This document shows, one piece after another, positions 22,108 through 45,100 of a DNA stretch of 64,000 nt (position 1 is the first letter of the stretch; each line of letters opens with the position of its first letter). The DNA comes from Hormiphora californensis (lineage: Eukaryota > Animalia > Ctenophora), in assembly GCA_020137815.1 (NCBI GenBank), contig CM035356.1:1054001-1118000 (forward strand). Reading direction: 5' to 3'. Below the pieces are notes generated by a model, which saw nothing but the letters and a program-made list of their open reading frames with translations, made no database searches and was not told the DNA's origin. The position numbers were made by a program, and so were the translations under genes.

Positions 22108-22860
22108 AGGTTCCCAGAAAAACAAGTTATTTGAGAAATATCAATCCGAGATGTCGGCTATTATTCACAGTTTTGAGGGGGAGGTTGAAAAGGGCCGGGA
22201 GGCGGAGGAGAAATTCGCTGCTACCCTTCGTCAACATCAGAAGTTTTTTGTCACCCAACGTGTTAACCAGGTATAGAGCGATAGACATTAAACAGATATA
22301 GAGATATAATGGAGACGGAGAGAAAATCTAGTTAGAGACCTAAATTCTGTCTACTATAAGTTGTTTCCTCAGGCCAAGATTCTAAACGACATGAAGACAT
22401 TGTTGAAGCAGTTTAACAGTGCCTGGGAACAAATGGATACCGCTCACTCAGCCCTTCATGGGGACGCAACGGTAAGTTGGATATACAGTTGGAACAGTCG
22501 GACCCCGATTTACCGGGTTGCTCGGGGAAAGGGTTTTGCCCAGTAAATCGGTGACCGACTTTGTATCTTAATCAGTTCTTTCTAAGAAACACTGATATAT
22601 TCTGAGATAAGTTATGTTTGGTACTTTGTAGGAAAGAGTTTGATATACATTTCAGATGCGAGCGAGGGTCCATATTTTATTTATTTTATAGTCAACTTTC
22701 CAATCCTCAATATAAAATGCTGACTGCTAATACCTCTCCCCAGTCTGACCTGAAGAAGGAATTGGCCTTGCTCCAAAAGAAGTATCTGATGGAGTCACAA
22801 AATACCCAACTGGCCAAGATGAAACAAAACATGCAGCATTTATTATCCACCACTTTCTGA
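21504..22860 (+). CDS. SYCP3: Synaptonemal complex protein 3 (Cor1 domain); exons 21504-21596, 21708-21873, 22110-22270, 22373-22471, 22744-22860
   Basis: All splice phases consistent. RKRHSEQFFNASIKVSSKKL matches SYCP3 [20 protein letters not shown], and DLKKELALLQKKYLMESQNTQLAKMKQNMQHLL matches [33 protein letters not shown] (human sequence from memory). Confidence 0.85.
21901..22107. repeat. (CT)n microsatellite in SYCP3 intron 2; further (CT/GA)n or (TCTG)n tracts near 23367, 27940, 31930, 33440, 34538, 35120, 36147, 36390, 38098
   Basis: Read directly. Confidence 0.95.
22495..22560. mobile_element. Tiny Tc1/mariner-type MITE (CAGTCGGACCCCGATTTACCG...), degenerate copy in SYCP3 intron 4
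   Basis: Same family as the copy at 63156-63223. Confidence 0.65.
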
Positions 22861-23276
22861 GAGACTATCAAGTGAAATTTAGATTACTGACCGTGCCACT
22901 TTCTCTCTTTGTTGTGCTGTCATCGGAACAAAAAGAGATAAAATTGAATCATTTGTAAGAGAAAGAGAGTGATCATCAAAATATATTTTAGTTTATGTTG
23001 AATTATTGTTGTAAATTAACTTTTGTGTTTGCTAAAAAGTGTATGTTTACCTCTTTGCTAATAAATCCTGTGCCCACTCCCCACCCCACCACCTTGAGTC
23101 GCTTGACAATGTGTCCGTGCTCCGCATCAAAACAAAGTATGAACAATCCAATCGCATACCATTACTTCCCTCATATTGTAAAACCTTGGTTTACCGAAAA
23201 GTTCCCCCTAATTAGGATTTTATCGATATTTTACCTCCGTATAATCATAATACTCAGCCCTCATTATCTGGTTAGG

Positions 23277-24937
23277 ATGGAGGAACAGCCGCCAGCGTTT
23301 GATAAACCATCCATTATGGACATGCCCTCTATGTCAGGGGTGAAACTGAACATGCAGGTGAGATGGTCTGTCTGTCTGTCTGTCTGTCTGTCTGACTGTC
23401 TGTCTGACTGTCTGTCTGTCTGTCTGTCTGTCTGTCTGCCTGTCTGTCTGTCTGTCTGTCTGCGTGTCTGCCTGTCTGTCTGCATGTCTGTCTGTTTGTT
23501 TGTCTGTCTGTCTACTTATCTCTCTTTTTTTCTCTCTCTCTCTCTCTCCCATCGCATCCACCATTTCAGGCATCTCGAAGGAGCAGCATGTTCGACAGAC
23601 AACCACGATCCACGCACGGAACAACTGAATGTAACTCAAGAGGTCAGTAAATTAGCGAGGGCCGTGGTGGAATACCTTCCCCTACTCTGTCAGACCAATG
23701 CTCTGACCACTGTTCTCGAGAAAATGGTCAGGCCAATGCTCAGACAGCCGGGCTGTCACAGCCCCTACTTGGTATAACACCTCCCCCATTCTAACTGCCT
23801 CCTCTACCGTCTTCTTCGCAGGTACATTCTCTCTAAAAGGCATTGTTGATCCAGCGGTGGCACTGAAAGATAAATCACAAGAGGGCGACAGCGATCTATC
23901 AGCATCAAGCAGCAGTAAAGTTAGACTTTCTACCCTACCTGATGTCCCACATGGTGAGGGCTAATTTGCGAAAGTTCCTTGTGGGTTCATCTCCCTCTAA
24001 AAGAAGGGTTAATCAATTTGTGGGGTCAAATAATTCAAATATGTGTTTCCCTTTACTCCAGCTTCACCCTAAACCCCACAGAGTTGGTGAGGCAGACCAA
24101 GTCGGAGGACTCCCTTGACTCTCAAGCAATGCGTCAGAAGAATATGGCCCCACAATACGAGAACACCTATCGGTTAGAACCAGACACAAAACCAACTCGG
24201 AAGGAAATGACTGATCTGCTGAACAATGTTTTAGACAGTCTGACTCCTGAACAAAAGAAATGTGAAGATTTTACGCTATGTGTCAAGGTATTGAGATCTT
24301 TTTTCGTATTTCGTATCGACAATTGGTTGTAGCTCAACGTTTGTGTGACTTTGTGTGTGATAGCGGCTATCTTATCTTTCCAACCGAAATTTCAACTGTT
24401 ACCCCCTCTTTACAGATTGGCCAAGAAATAGCAAATAATGTGCTAGCAGCGTGTCCACGATATCGGCCTGAAAAGGTGAGAATTGGTATAATTTCAATCC
24501 CCTAATTGTTCCCTAATATCACGTTGAATTACCGATTACCGAGTACGTACAAACTCCCATTGATTTGGGCCATTTTCTGGAAAATCCGAGACTGCGACAG
24601 AAGTGAGCGGCGCGCGCACAACAATTTGCGCTGAAGGAGTGGAGTTGAAGTTTTCAGCAGCTACCTCGACAGAAAGGGTGGGACTCTTGATCCCAGGATT
24701 TAATTGGGCGTGACTCGCTCTAGAAAACACCCAACTGGCTGTGTCCCTGCATTTACTGATCCCTGTTTCAGGTACCGGTTTTTGTGCAACGTAACTACAG
24801 TCAGTAGACAGGGCGCCAGTGCCCAACAAGCCAGTCGTCAGCTGTGGGACCACAATAGGGATACCTGGGATGAGGCGAGCATGAAACTGCCTGGTGCCCT
24901 TGTTTTCCTTCAGCTATACTGCATATACCTTGATTGA
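23277..24937 (+). CDS. Tctex1-domain protein (dynein light chain Tctex-type), about 6 exons
   Basis: YENTYRLEPD, RYRFLCNVT...ASRQLWDHNRDTW...LQLYCIYLD. One phase mismatch at the last junction is explained by a homopolymer slip. Confidence 0.8.
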
Positions 24938-25457
24938 GGATCAATAGCCGCTATATTTGAAACACTAATATCCCGGGTCACTTCTGATCTCTCTTGAAGA
25001 GAGGTCAGGATCATCTCAGTAACACTATGAACACTGAATCAGTTTGTTGAGTAAGGGGGAATTCCCCCTTACTCAACAAGAATCAGTGGTGAATAAAGGA
25101 CACACAGCCTGTTTTGGGGGTTTGAAATGTCATGGAAATGAAAAAAGGAACACATTTCTGTTTTATATATTTCACTCTGTACTGTATAAACTGCTGCCAT
25201 TCCGTTTTTACAAAATACGTTTCCCATTTTTTGTTCAATATTCAATTGGAAGAGTAAAAAACTCCTTTTTTTCGGTAAACTTCCCTATACACCGTTGTCA
25301 AGTTACACTGTCCTCCACATAGCGGTCATGGGATAGTGTAACCTTTCAATCAATAACAAAACAAAATACTCTCTCAATTGACTGTCATATCCAAGAGGAT
25401 ACCTGGGTGCAAATTGCATTTATTTGGGCTCATAATAACAGCACCTAATTTGACCAG

Positions 25458-26063
25458 CTACCTATTGACAATCGGCTGATTCTCACCAGCAGTACTGCCT
25501 CCCTTCTTGAACTCATTTATCAGATTGGGTATGGCCAAAATTATCAAAATCCAGCACACAGCTATAATAATAAATGATGGCCAATACACTATGGGGTCAC
25601 AATAGTTCGGGTTTACCGCTTTGGGTCCTTTCCAGCCCTTAATGGGGGATTCCAGGTAGGGTTTAGTAGTTTCCACTCGCTTCAAGGACCAAGTTACCCA
25701 GAGGGTGGCTGCTAGAAGGAAGGAGAAAAACCCAACAAAGATCACCGCCACGGCGATTTGGCCCAGGACCTCGATTTTAAAGAGGTAGTGAAGGAAGGCC
25801 AGAGCTAGAATTACTACCCCCATCGCTATCATGAATATAGGAATCCCCATGCTCACAGGGCACTGATCTAGCTTTGCAATCCCAATCGCTATCAGAGCTA
25901 TGGGCAGAAGTGCATAGAATGCCACACCAATGATTTTATTTCCACACGATTCTTCCTCGGGTCCCTCTGAAGGGTCTGCCGTAGAATCCTCATCCTTTTC
26001 TTTTATAGAGGGTGATGGAGATGGGGAGCTTTCTGTGACCATCGTCTGGGGCGCCTCAATCAT
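25458..26063 (-). CDS. Four-TM membrane protein, TMEM272-like
   Basis: Four hydrophobic segments; IG....QCP....IPIFMIAMG and NYCDPIVYWPSF match the TMEM272 family pattern. Confidence 0.7.
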   Translation of the reverse strand: MIEAPQTMVTESSPSPSPSIKEKDEDSTADPSEGPEEESCGNKIIGVAFYALLPIALIAIGIAKLDQCPVSMGIPIFMIAMGVVILALAFLHYLFKIEVLGQIAVAVIFVGFFSFLLAATLWVTWSLKRVETTKPYLESPIKGWKGPKAVNPNYCDPIVYWPSFIIIAVCWILIILAIPNLINEFKKGGSTAGENQPIVNR

Positions 26064-26359
26064 GTCATGATAATATCAGAGAGAGACACACAAGTACACT
26101 GCAGCAGCTGGAATCACATATTGTGAAAAGTCTCCTGTATGTATATGAGCGGTGGTAATGATAGGAAGAGATACATGGATGTAAATTGTGCCAAAGTAAC
26201 CAGAAAATACGGATTGGAAACTTTATCTAGCTTGCCACTTCCGTTCCAATTGACAAAAGATCCCAAAACAGATGGAGATATGAGCTCACTGGGATATGAG
26301 TATGTACAATTCTTGTACAATCTCGACGGTCCAGTGTAATGTACACTAGGGTCTGTACA

Positions 26360-26432
26360 GTGTACAATTGTAGTTTGTACACGCCCGAGTGTACAGTGTA
26401 CACTCGGGCGTGTACAAACTACAATTGTACAC
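26360..26432. repeat. Perfect palindrome, 36-bp arms and 1-nt loop
   Basis: 26360-26395 is the exact reverse complement of 26397-26432. Confidence 0.92.
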
Positions 26433-27942
26433 GGACTCTCTCTCTCTCGATTGGCGGGAGTTGAGTGCGCGTGTACACGGTTCCGCGCAGGAAATCCAAT
26501 CAAATCGTTATCGCGCCCTACATCTTAGGGATCACGAACCACACTTGTGTCCCAATTGGGGAGGGGACCCGGGACACTGCGGGATAAAACGACAGAAACT
26601 CTTGAACCCAATTGTGAATTTACCAACTGTTATTATTGATTGTATACGGGTTGTCGTCGGGCTGATTATTGGTACCTAACTAACTTTCCCTCTCCCGGGA
26701 TATTCGACCAACTGATATAAGTTGGGGGTAATGAGAACCTAAAAGAAAATATCCAAGAGTCTGTCAGTAGTTATGTAAGGGGTACTCAACAAGTCACGAT
26801 GTAGTTATGTATCAACCTCAAAGGTATCGTCCCTCTCCCAAATTTGCTTCAGCAGTGCAGAGTTATAGGCCGAATACGTTAAGGTGTGGACAGATTTTTA
26901 TGTCAACTCCCTAACTTTCTCTCTCCCTCTCTTCGTCATCGAAATATAAAACACTAAACTTTCGGTGAAGTCAATGACCTGAAAACTTTAAGAAACATGC
27001 ATTTGTCTTTTGTGGTTCCCCAAATTTTAGATGATCTTGGTCCATTGAAAGTAATCGAGGCCAAAGATTTTGCTTAAATTTCGGGCCGAAAATATTTTTT
27101 TTGGAATGAATGAAAAGTTCATTCCATCAAAAAAAAAATTTGAGTAAGCTTGATTTTTCTTAGGATCAAGATAACATAGTGGAGAACCCCTCCCAAATTT
27201 ACAGTTTCCCACCAATCGGCAACTGGGGTGGTCAGGGGGGCTTTTTTTTGCCGCACAGGTATACAACGTTGGGGTTTGATCTCTAAAAGGGTTTTTTTTT
27301 TTTTTTTTTTTGGGGGGGGGGTGACCTTATTTTCCTGTGGGGGGGGGTTTTGGAAAAACACAGGAGAAAGCAAACAGACGGTTAAAAAAAGCCCGGAAAG
27401 TTAGGGGGGGGTTAAAAAAAAAATTTAAAATGCAGGCCCAGGGGGGCGATAGAGAGAAAAGGAAAGGGGAGGGAAAAAGGGGAAGAGGGGAAAGAAAAGA
27501 GAGAGAGAAGAGGGGGGAGAGCGGGGAAGAGAGAGAGAGAAAAAAGAGAGGGGAAGAAAGAGAGGGGGAGAAGAGAGAAAGAGAGGGAAAAAAGGGGGGT
27601 TTTTCCTATCATCGGTACATAAGGGGGTTTTACAATCTCTATTTCTCTTTCCGAACCCAACTCTCTGTCTTTCCCATTTCTCCGACCAAGCCTTTTCATT
27701 CTTTCTTCCAATTTCACCGAATTTATTTTTGCGTTGTAGGTAATTGGTATGATTTAGATCATCGTCACATCATGAACTCTGTCAATTACTATTCTTGACC
27801 GGATAATAATACACCGATTGCTCTGTCGTTTTCTACAAAGTCGCTGCACTAAATGTGCGAAGGACAGTGTAGGCTGCATGAATCCCCGGCCGCTCTAACA
27901 TTTTGATGTATGCACATGTTGTATTGATCGTCATTACAGTGA

Positions 27943-28052
<110 letters not shown>

Positions 28053-30159
28053 GTGAGTGAGTGAGTGATTAGGAAAGATAGGAGCCATTACAAGCTCTCT
28101 CGGTTAATATATTACTCTATAATTATAGTATATGCACATAGTATGAGTCATATATAACATTAGTTTGTGTAGTATACACTGTATACGGGCAGACTGCAAT
28201 CTCCAGAGACTCCTACATTATATTGAGCCTCTTAACTCTTTATTCGCTTAAACTAAGACTCAGTGATACAAGTAACAGACTCTTTGTATTGCGAAGAGTG
28301 TTACTCTTGGCTTTCTATCAATGACCAACGTGGATAACTATCGGTGGTACAATTGACACACTTGGGATATAGTTGGGGAAGTGGTCCGGAGAGACTGTGT
28401 GGAGTTTTTACGGGAGAGGGAATCATATTTAGAACTCCTCCCGATTCCTTGCCTTGCTCTAGAAGACAAGCAAGTTAGGGGGATTCACTAGCTTCACAAC
28501 CTGGCTTCCCTCTGCATCCATCTCTTGGCATTATATGCTACGTACCCCGCAGTGAGGGAATAAGGCAGTGCTTTTCAACTCCATCTCTTCTTTATTTCCC
28601 GAACTGTCTGATTGTGCCGTTGACCGCCTGGCGCTGTCGTCTTGAATCTGTGCATATGCCGTTTTTCCTGCAACTGCTCATCCTTCTTCTACTAGAAGTT
28701 CTAGTGCCTTCTCAATGTTATTATGAAATCATAATATCTGATGTTTCACAAATGAGGCCAATAAACATCAATACCACTAGTTGGGTGACACACCTATTCT
28801 CGAATTGTCTCCTACCAGCCAGACTGCAGCACTGTAGAATGGTATCCTGATACAGCTACTCAAAACTATTTGTAACCCGAGCGTTCAATTTTGAAATTGT
28901 AATTTGTGAGATCCCTCCCTCTCTCTCTGGGTACCATCTGGATGGTATCAAAGCTCTAATCGCCAAATCGAGGAATTTCTATGTAAAATGAAACCAATTT
29001 CCCTGCACCAGTAGAGGAGGGAATTCCGGTAAATCAGTGTGTTATCTCGAGGGGAAAGGAAAAGGCCGTTGGGCCTAGGACCTTATCTTCCATTTCCCGC
29101 TACTTTGTTTTACCGTTACTGCAGCAGTAAACCCCATTGACCATTGTCACGTACATCGAGCTTTTTAGATTGCACAGACTCTTGGCTTTGCACATTCCAC
29201 AGACTCTTAGCCCCAGAGATAAACCCGAGCACCGTATGCCAATTATAATACCTGATCGTCGGCGTTTGGCCTTTTTGGTTGGGAGCTGTGTGTGCTCTTA
29301 TAAATAGTCAAGTACTGCAATGTCACTGATTAACAGTCTCGTTTGGTGAAGCAATTCTCTGACAAAAAGGCCTTTGCTATGTCTTTAGAATATCTACCTC
29401 TGTGAGGTATACCGGCCGTTTTCCCGTATGAAAGTCGATCTGTCTCTGTCTCTGTCTATTAATCTCCCGTCTCTCCACCAACACCAGATCAATATAATGT
29501 TGGTGTGTACTATAATTGTACAGTCCATTGTAGTTTTAATTTCTAACCACACCGTCTCTACTAGCTTCTATTGATTGCCCGTATTTGATCCTGGAAGTCA
29601 CACCTCTCTTTATGTTACACTCCCTCAAAACAATATAACAGCCGAATGTAATAAAGAATAGAAAGGCCAGGCCATGATAGGGCGCATATTAATATTGCAT
29701 TGTGTGGGTAATATAACATCTCACTTTGAACTCGCTATCCGTTCCATTTGTCCATTCCGTGTGACAAATCTGATATTGTGCAAGGCTTTGAACGTACCCT
29801 GCAGTACACGTTCCTGGATTTGTCAAATATAGGTACCTGATTTCACAGGGTAGAATAATCGAGAGTTCTCTCCATGGCTCTCCTATCTCTAGAGAGGTTA
29901 ACTTTGTTAGTGTTATCGCGAAATCTCTCTCCTACCTTTAATATATGCGCACCAAATCTTAGGTTGATGCGACTTCTGTAACATAATTTATGTACATCTC
30001 GCATTCTTCAATTCTTGTGCTCGGCTCCCTTTTCTCTTCCCATCGTTTTAGGTTATTGGACATTGGAATGTTATACTTTTCCTTACTCTTTTTTTCTAGT
30101 TTTATATTTTAACGGCTAGCCTTTTAATCGAGAACTCTATTTTTCCAGGAGGTATATAA

Positions 30160-39666
<9,507 letters not shown>

Positions 39667-42505
39667 ACATGTCAATGTATAGTTTGGAGGCTGATCAATT
39701 GCCCTTTTTATACGCTAGCTTCACGCCACACACAATATGTGGAAGGTCTGGGATTAATTGTGAGAGACTATATTATATATTGTTCGTGGGTTGTTAGCAG
39801 CTATTATAGTGGGAGCAAGAGACATTTGATATATATTCAATATAGTCCGGTGTTGGGACAGCAAATTATGAAGAATGGTTCGATGTTAACCAGAAGGTGT
39901 CGTAGGTCTCTCTCTTACATGTGCATGATAGCGGCAATATGTTTTTAGGTGCATTGTGCAACACACAGTCCGTAAATATACTTTTTAGAAAACTTGATTT
40001 ACCGCCAAAATATGTAATCTAGTTTGCCCTGAAAAGTTAAGACAATCGATTGATATGGTAAAGATTAATGTAAGAAGCATTATTGAGTTCATTTCACTTT
40101 GACATATTGTAAACTATTGTGTTTCAATTTGAAAAACTAGAAGATGGTTTGTTGAATAACAAACCTCATGGCGGGTGTCTCCAGCTGAACTAATCAAGAT
40201 TGGTGGAGATGTCACCTATATGACGTCACAAAGTTGTGTGGCTCCTTTGAAGTAGTAGCTGAGTTCTGTGTGACACAAACACCCCTTTAACAAGTTGATT
40301 TAATTCAGCTCGCTACCATTACAGGATCAAATCAGTGAAAAAGAGGAAGTAACGTACTGCAGCTGGAGAATGATACTTTTGTGTTTTGGGTGATGATGTG
40401 TAGTTGACCAAGAGTCCATATTAGTCTGTCAAGTGTCAGGCCAATATGCTCTCAACTCCGACAGATTTTAGTCTAATGTACTTGGTTTTTAGAAGAGACT
40501 GAGAGATAGAGAGATAGAGATAGAGTGACTTGCATTTATATTTAATCACATACAATACAGTTGACCCTCAACTTATAATCATCATCATGATAATGTGTAG
40601 AAAATTATATATTTTATGTTCGTATTGCAACTGTCAGGCCAATGCTCTGACCGCTTTTGTCGCGCGCTCCGACATAAGAATAGGGTCAGGCCAATGCTCT
40701 GGCAGGCCAATGCTCTGACCATGGTTCTCATGCACTCCGCGGGTCAGGCCAATGCTCTGACAAGGTAAGCTCAGCTTGCAAAATAGTAATAATTATAATC
40801 TCAGCTCAGCTTGCGTAGTGTGTTCGTTAGTCAGTTCGCATATGTTTGTTCTGGAAGTATGCACACCTGCTACGTGCATGTGTTATAGTCAAATCATATA
40901 TTATCTACCGAAGCAATATCCGAATATTGGACCAATTTCCGACGAACTTGAGCAGAGAACACGGTAGTTTTGTGGGTATGTACTGTATGACATTAGTCGA
41001 GTATTTTCTAAATGAGCATAATATTTTCATGTTCATATTGTCTCCACGTCACAGAAAAAAAGGAGCTCTGGAGGTAAGTAAATCATTTAATTTTGCAGCC
41101 TGCGGAGGAGTCCTGTTCGATTTGTGACAACTCACAACCATGTGATGTCTCCAGTGGAGCTTCACTCACCTCCATCCCCCATAATCCTCAAACCCTAATT
41201 TGCTGCTTCAAGCTCCATCCCTAATGGCTTTTGTCGTGAATGAAATGTCACAATTCTATACTTTTATCACCGGTAGTAGATTTTCTTTGTTAAATGTTCT
41301 TCCATAAATTCAAAACTGTTGCCTAGATATACTGAGATCAATTAATTTACTGAAGTAAAAACTCGAATTTTCGTCCAAAAACATCCACTTCATACAGCTC
41401 GGATGTCTCTCCTTTGCCAAGATTTAGTGTCTGAAACTTCGTTAGGCGCATCGTGGTTGGTAGTCGCGACGTGTGACATGAGAAAAAAGAAGAGGACACA
41501 CGATCGTAGTGAGTGAAATAGTGCCTTGAGACATTTACACATATAGAGTGCGTGCTCAGTGCTACCCCTATTCCTTATTTTAACTCATTGTTGTTGCTCA
41601 ATAGTTCACTCAAGCATCAACACAGCAGCACCTGGACAGTCGACTGCTGCAGTCTACATATACTGGCATCCAAGAATTTTCTACCAGAAAACCACTCTAT
41701 GCAAAAACCGTGATCTGACCAGGGCATAGCTATATGCTCTGGTCACGGTTTTTGTGCCAGTGTCGGGCCAATGCTCTCTTCCCAGACACCACTCTAACTG
41801 AGATTTTATATTTCACGATATCACAATATTGAGACAGAGAACTTCGAGGATCGAGGAATGTACTCTGTACGTGCCCGATGCTTTGTGTCCATCTAAACTC
41901 ATTGATGCTTTGTTCTTTTTGTTTACTGCCTTCGAAATAGTTCTCAGTTTTGCCTCGATTTACAGCCGGTGTAGAAACACACTGATTGCATGTATCATTG
42001 TTGAAGGATCTGCTGTCAGAGCATAGTGGCCTGACAGAGGATCTCTCCTATCATTTTCCCATTACATTGCAATGTAACGTCATACACATGGCCCCTATAG
42101 GGGGGGTTCCAACCTATTTTTTGTACGGTTTTGTACGGTTTTGTACGGACCATACATAAAAGTATCCGAAATTCCTGTTTTTTTCCATACAAACAATACA
42201 AAAAAATACAAAAAAATACAAAAAAATAATGAAGGATGTGGGTGCCTGATAAAAGTATAAATAATACATAGCTGGGTTCCGTTTATGTGCATGTACCACC
42301 TATTATATATATATGAACGTTTTAAGTTCCATTGTCATCCATTTTCCTGCTAAAAGTACATACTAAAAAAGTGTGTAAAAGTACACGTTTTTGAAATTCT
42401 AAAAAAAAAGAAATCATTGATTCAGATTACCGTTACGATTACGAGAAAATTTTCTCAGGTGGAGATTTGGATCCATCGCATCCTATTCTCGCTCCGCGAA
42501 TAATA

Positions 42506-43417
42506 CTAGGCTGTCCAGTAAATAATTTCGTTGGGCTTTTCTGGGACAATGGTTTGAGATAGAGCAAAATGGACTTCACCACTGTTTTAAGCACTCGATT
42601 TTGAATCGGAATACAATGCCTGATATTGGAATGTGGTTGTTCTCAGTTCCCACGAGGTCTCTTTTTATACCCCACTCTCGTTGCTGCTGCACGGGGTTAC
42701 CAACATTTTCTAAACGCTGCCCTATGAAAACTGGTTCAGTCTTTTTAGCTCCTATGGTGCTTAATCGATAGCAAATTGTCTAAGGATGAACTATGTTTGC
42801 GATTTTAGGCTCTACGTGTTGACTTATAACCTCTAGGACAGTTAATGTAACATGAAAAAGCGCAAAAGTGCAAAAAATTGGACCTGTTTTACGGATTTTT
42901 TTAAAACATCAACAACTCACTTTTTAAGTCAACCAATCGCATAATTGGGTTCACTGCGTCTTAGAACTGACTTAGAACTAACTTTTATTGCAGAGTTTTT
43001 AACTATAAGCTAATCCTGATGAGACCCGGAAGTGAAAGTTTCTAATTTTGACCAAAAATTTTTGGAAGCCCATCTCTCAGTGAAAAAATAAAAATAGGAT
43101 CTTTTATTACATCTCAAACGAAAGATAATTGTCTAATGAACAAGCTTGATGCAGCAAAACAACACTCCGATACCATTTTCAAGAAGTACAGCAGGTTTAG
43201 TACTAAAACTTGAAAATCGTGATTTTCCATATGCAGCAGCAACGAGAGTGGGGTATAGAAAGAGACCTCTTGGGAACTGAGAACAACCACATTCCGATAT
43301 TAGGCATTGTATTCTGATTCAAAATCGCGTGCTTAAAACAGAGGTGAAGTCCATTTTGCTCTATCTTAAACCATTGTCCCAGAAAAGCCCAACGAAATTA
43401 TTTACTGGACAGCCTAA
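42506..43417. mobile_element. Nested Tc1/mariner-type MITE, approx. 185-bp TIRs, TA duplication
   Basis: 42507-42690 is the near reverse complement of 43232-43416; TA flanks. Confidence 0.85.
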
Positions 43418-43862
43418 TAGGATGCCGGCCCGTTGAGAGCAAGAACTCACGTGCGCGCGATATAAAGCACGTTTTCAGCAGATCGCGTGTGATAGACCGT
43501 TTTTGGAGACCTTTTTAGCTGACCTAGCACTACTCAAAGGTCAATTATGGCCTCATTTCGCATCGTGATGAATCGGCGGGTATTTTCCCATACTCACAAG
43601 GCCATGACGATTCCCCCAGTACCCGCAGATTGTCCCAGGACCGAGTAGGAGCTTGCAGCCAGGTCTTTAAAGAATTGCTCATGTTTAGCGTCAATTTTGA
43701 CCCACTATTCCTCAAATGCTGATACTCGCGGGTATTTTCCGTGAAACTAGAGACAATTGTCCGCCAGGAGCAACAAACGAGATGCAAATCGGTTCAGTAG
43801 TTCCTTGCAGCCAGGTCTTTGAAAAAGTTTGCTCTAAAATCAATAACGCGCCGGAGGCCTAG

Positions 43863-44285
43863 ATGTGAGATCGATCTCGGTAGGCGGTAAATGTTAACCA
43901 GATCTGAGAAAAAACGTACGTGCAAAACCACGTTTTTGTCCATAACTCAGTCATTTCTTGACCAATTTGCAAAATCTTGGGCGCGTTGGAAAGAGGACAT
44001 TGAGCTCTTTAAAATGAGCCCAATAAAACTAAAATCGGCGCGAAATGCGCGGCTTCATGGCGCAAAATGCGCGTTTTCGCCACTGCGCCGCGCAATTTGC
44101 GCCAATTTTCATTTTCTTGAGCTCATTTGAAAGATCTCGATGTCCTCTTTCCAATGAGCCAAAGATTTTGCAAATTGGTCAAGAAATGGCAGAGTTATGG
44201 GCAAAAACGTGCGAAATTCTCACAGATCTGGTTAACATTTACCGCCTACCATCGATCTCGGTCGCTGCGCGACCTCGATCTCACT
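43863..44285. repeat. Approx. 400-bp imperfect fold-back (inverted repeat)
   Basis: GGTAGGCGGTAAATGTTAACCAGATCTG... mirrored by ...CAGATCTGGTTAACATTTACCGCCTACC with continuous inner similarity. Confidence 0.8.
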
Positions 44286-44314
44286 CAGGCATCAATGTGG
44301 CCAAGTTGGAGATC

Positions 44315-45100
44315 ACTTTCTCGGTACTAATTTCGATTCGGGATAATTTTCTCGGTAAAAATTGCGATTTGGGGAAATTTTTCGCTTAGAAAATACGATT
44401 CGAGAAATTTTTTCGGTGAGAAATTGGGATTCGGGGAAATTTCTCGCTTAGAAAATACGATTCGAGAAAATTTTCTCGGTAAGAAATTGCGATTCGAGGA
44501 AATTTCTCGCTTAGAAAATACGATTTGAGAAAATTTTCTCGGTAAGAAATTGCGATTCGGGGAAATTTCTCGCTTAGAAAATACGATTCAAGAAAATTTT
44601 CTCGGTAAGAAATTGCGATTCGGGGAAATTTCTCGCTTAGAAAATACGATTCGAGAACATTTTCTCGGTAAGAAATTGCGATTCGGGGAAATTTCTCGCT
44701 TAGAAAACACGATTCGAGAACATTTTCTCGGTAAGAAATTGCGATTCGAGGAAATTTCTCGCTTAGAAAATACGATTCGAGAAAATTTTCCCGGTAAGAA
44801 ATTGCGATTCGGGGAAATTTCTCGCTTAGAAAATACGATTCGAGAAAATTTTCTCGGTAAGAAATTGCGATTCGAGGAAATTTCTCGCTTAGAAAATGCG
44901 TTTCGAGAAAATTTTCTCGGTAAGAAATTGCGATTCGGGGAAATTTCTCGCTTAGAAAATACGATTCAAGAAAATTTTCTCGGTAAGAAATTGCGATTCG
45001 GGGAATTTTCTCGCTTAGAAATTACGATTCGAGAAAATATTCTCGGTAAGAAATTGCGATTCGGGTAAATTTCTCGCTCAGAAAATACGATTCGAGAAAA
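44315..45100 (+). repeat. 63-bp minisatellite, about 12 copies, with internal palindrome CGAGAAAATTTTCTCG
   Basis: Read directly; it also explains the 21-aa periodic ORF 44550-45068. Confidence 0.92.

Noticed and set aside
27200-27720. K/R/E/G-rich ORFs and long homopolymers
   Set aside because: Looks like low-quality single-read sequence over a GA microsatellite.
44550-45068. 172-aa ORF with 21-aa periodicity
   Set aside because: Translation of the 63-bp minisatellite within a transposon.
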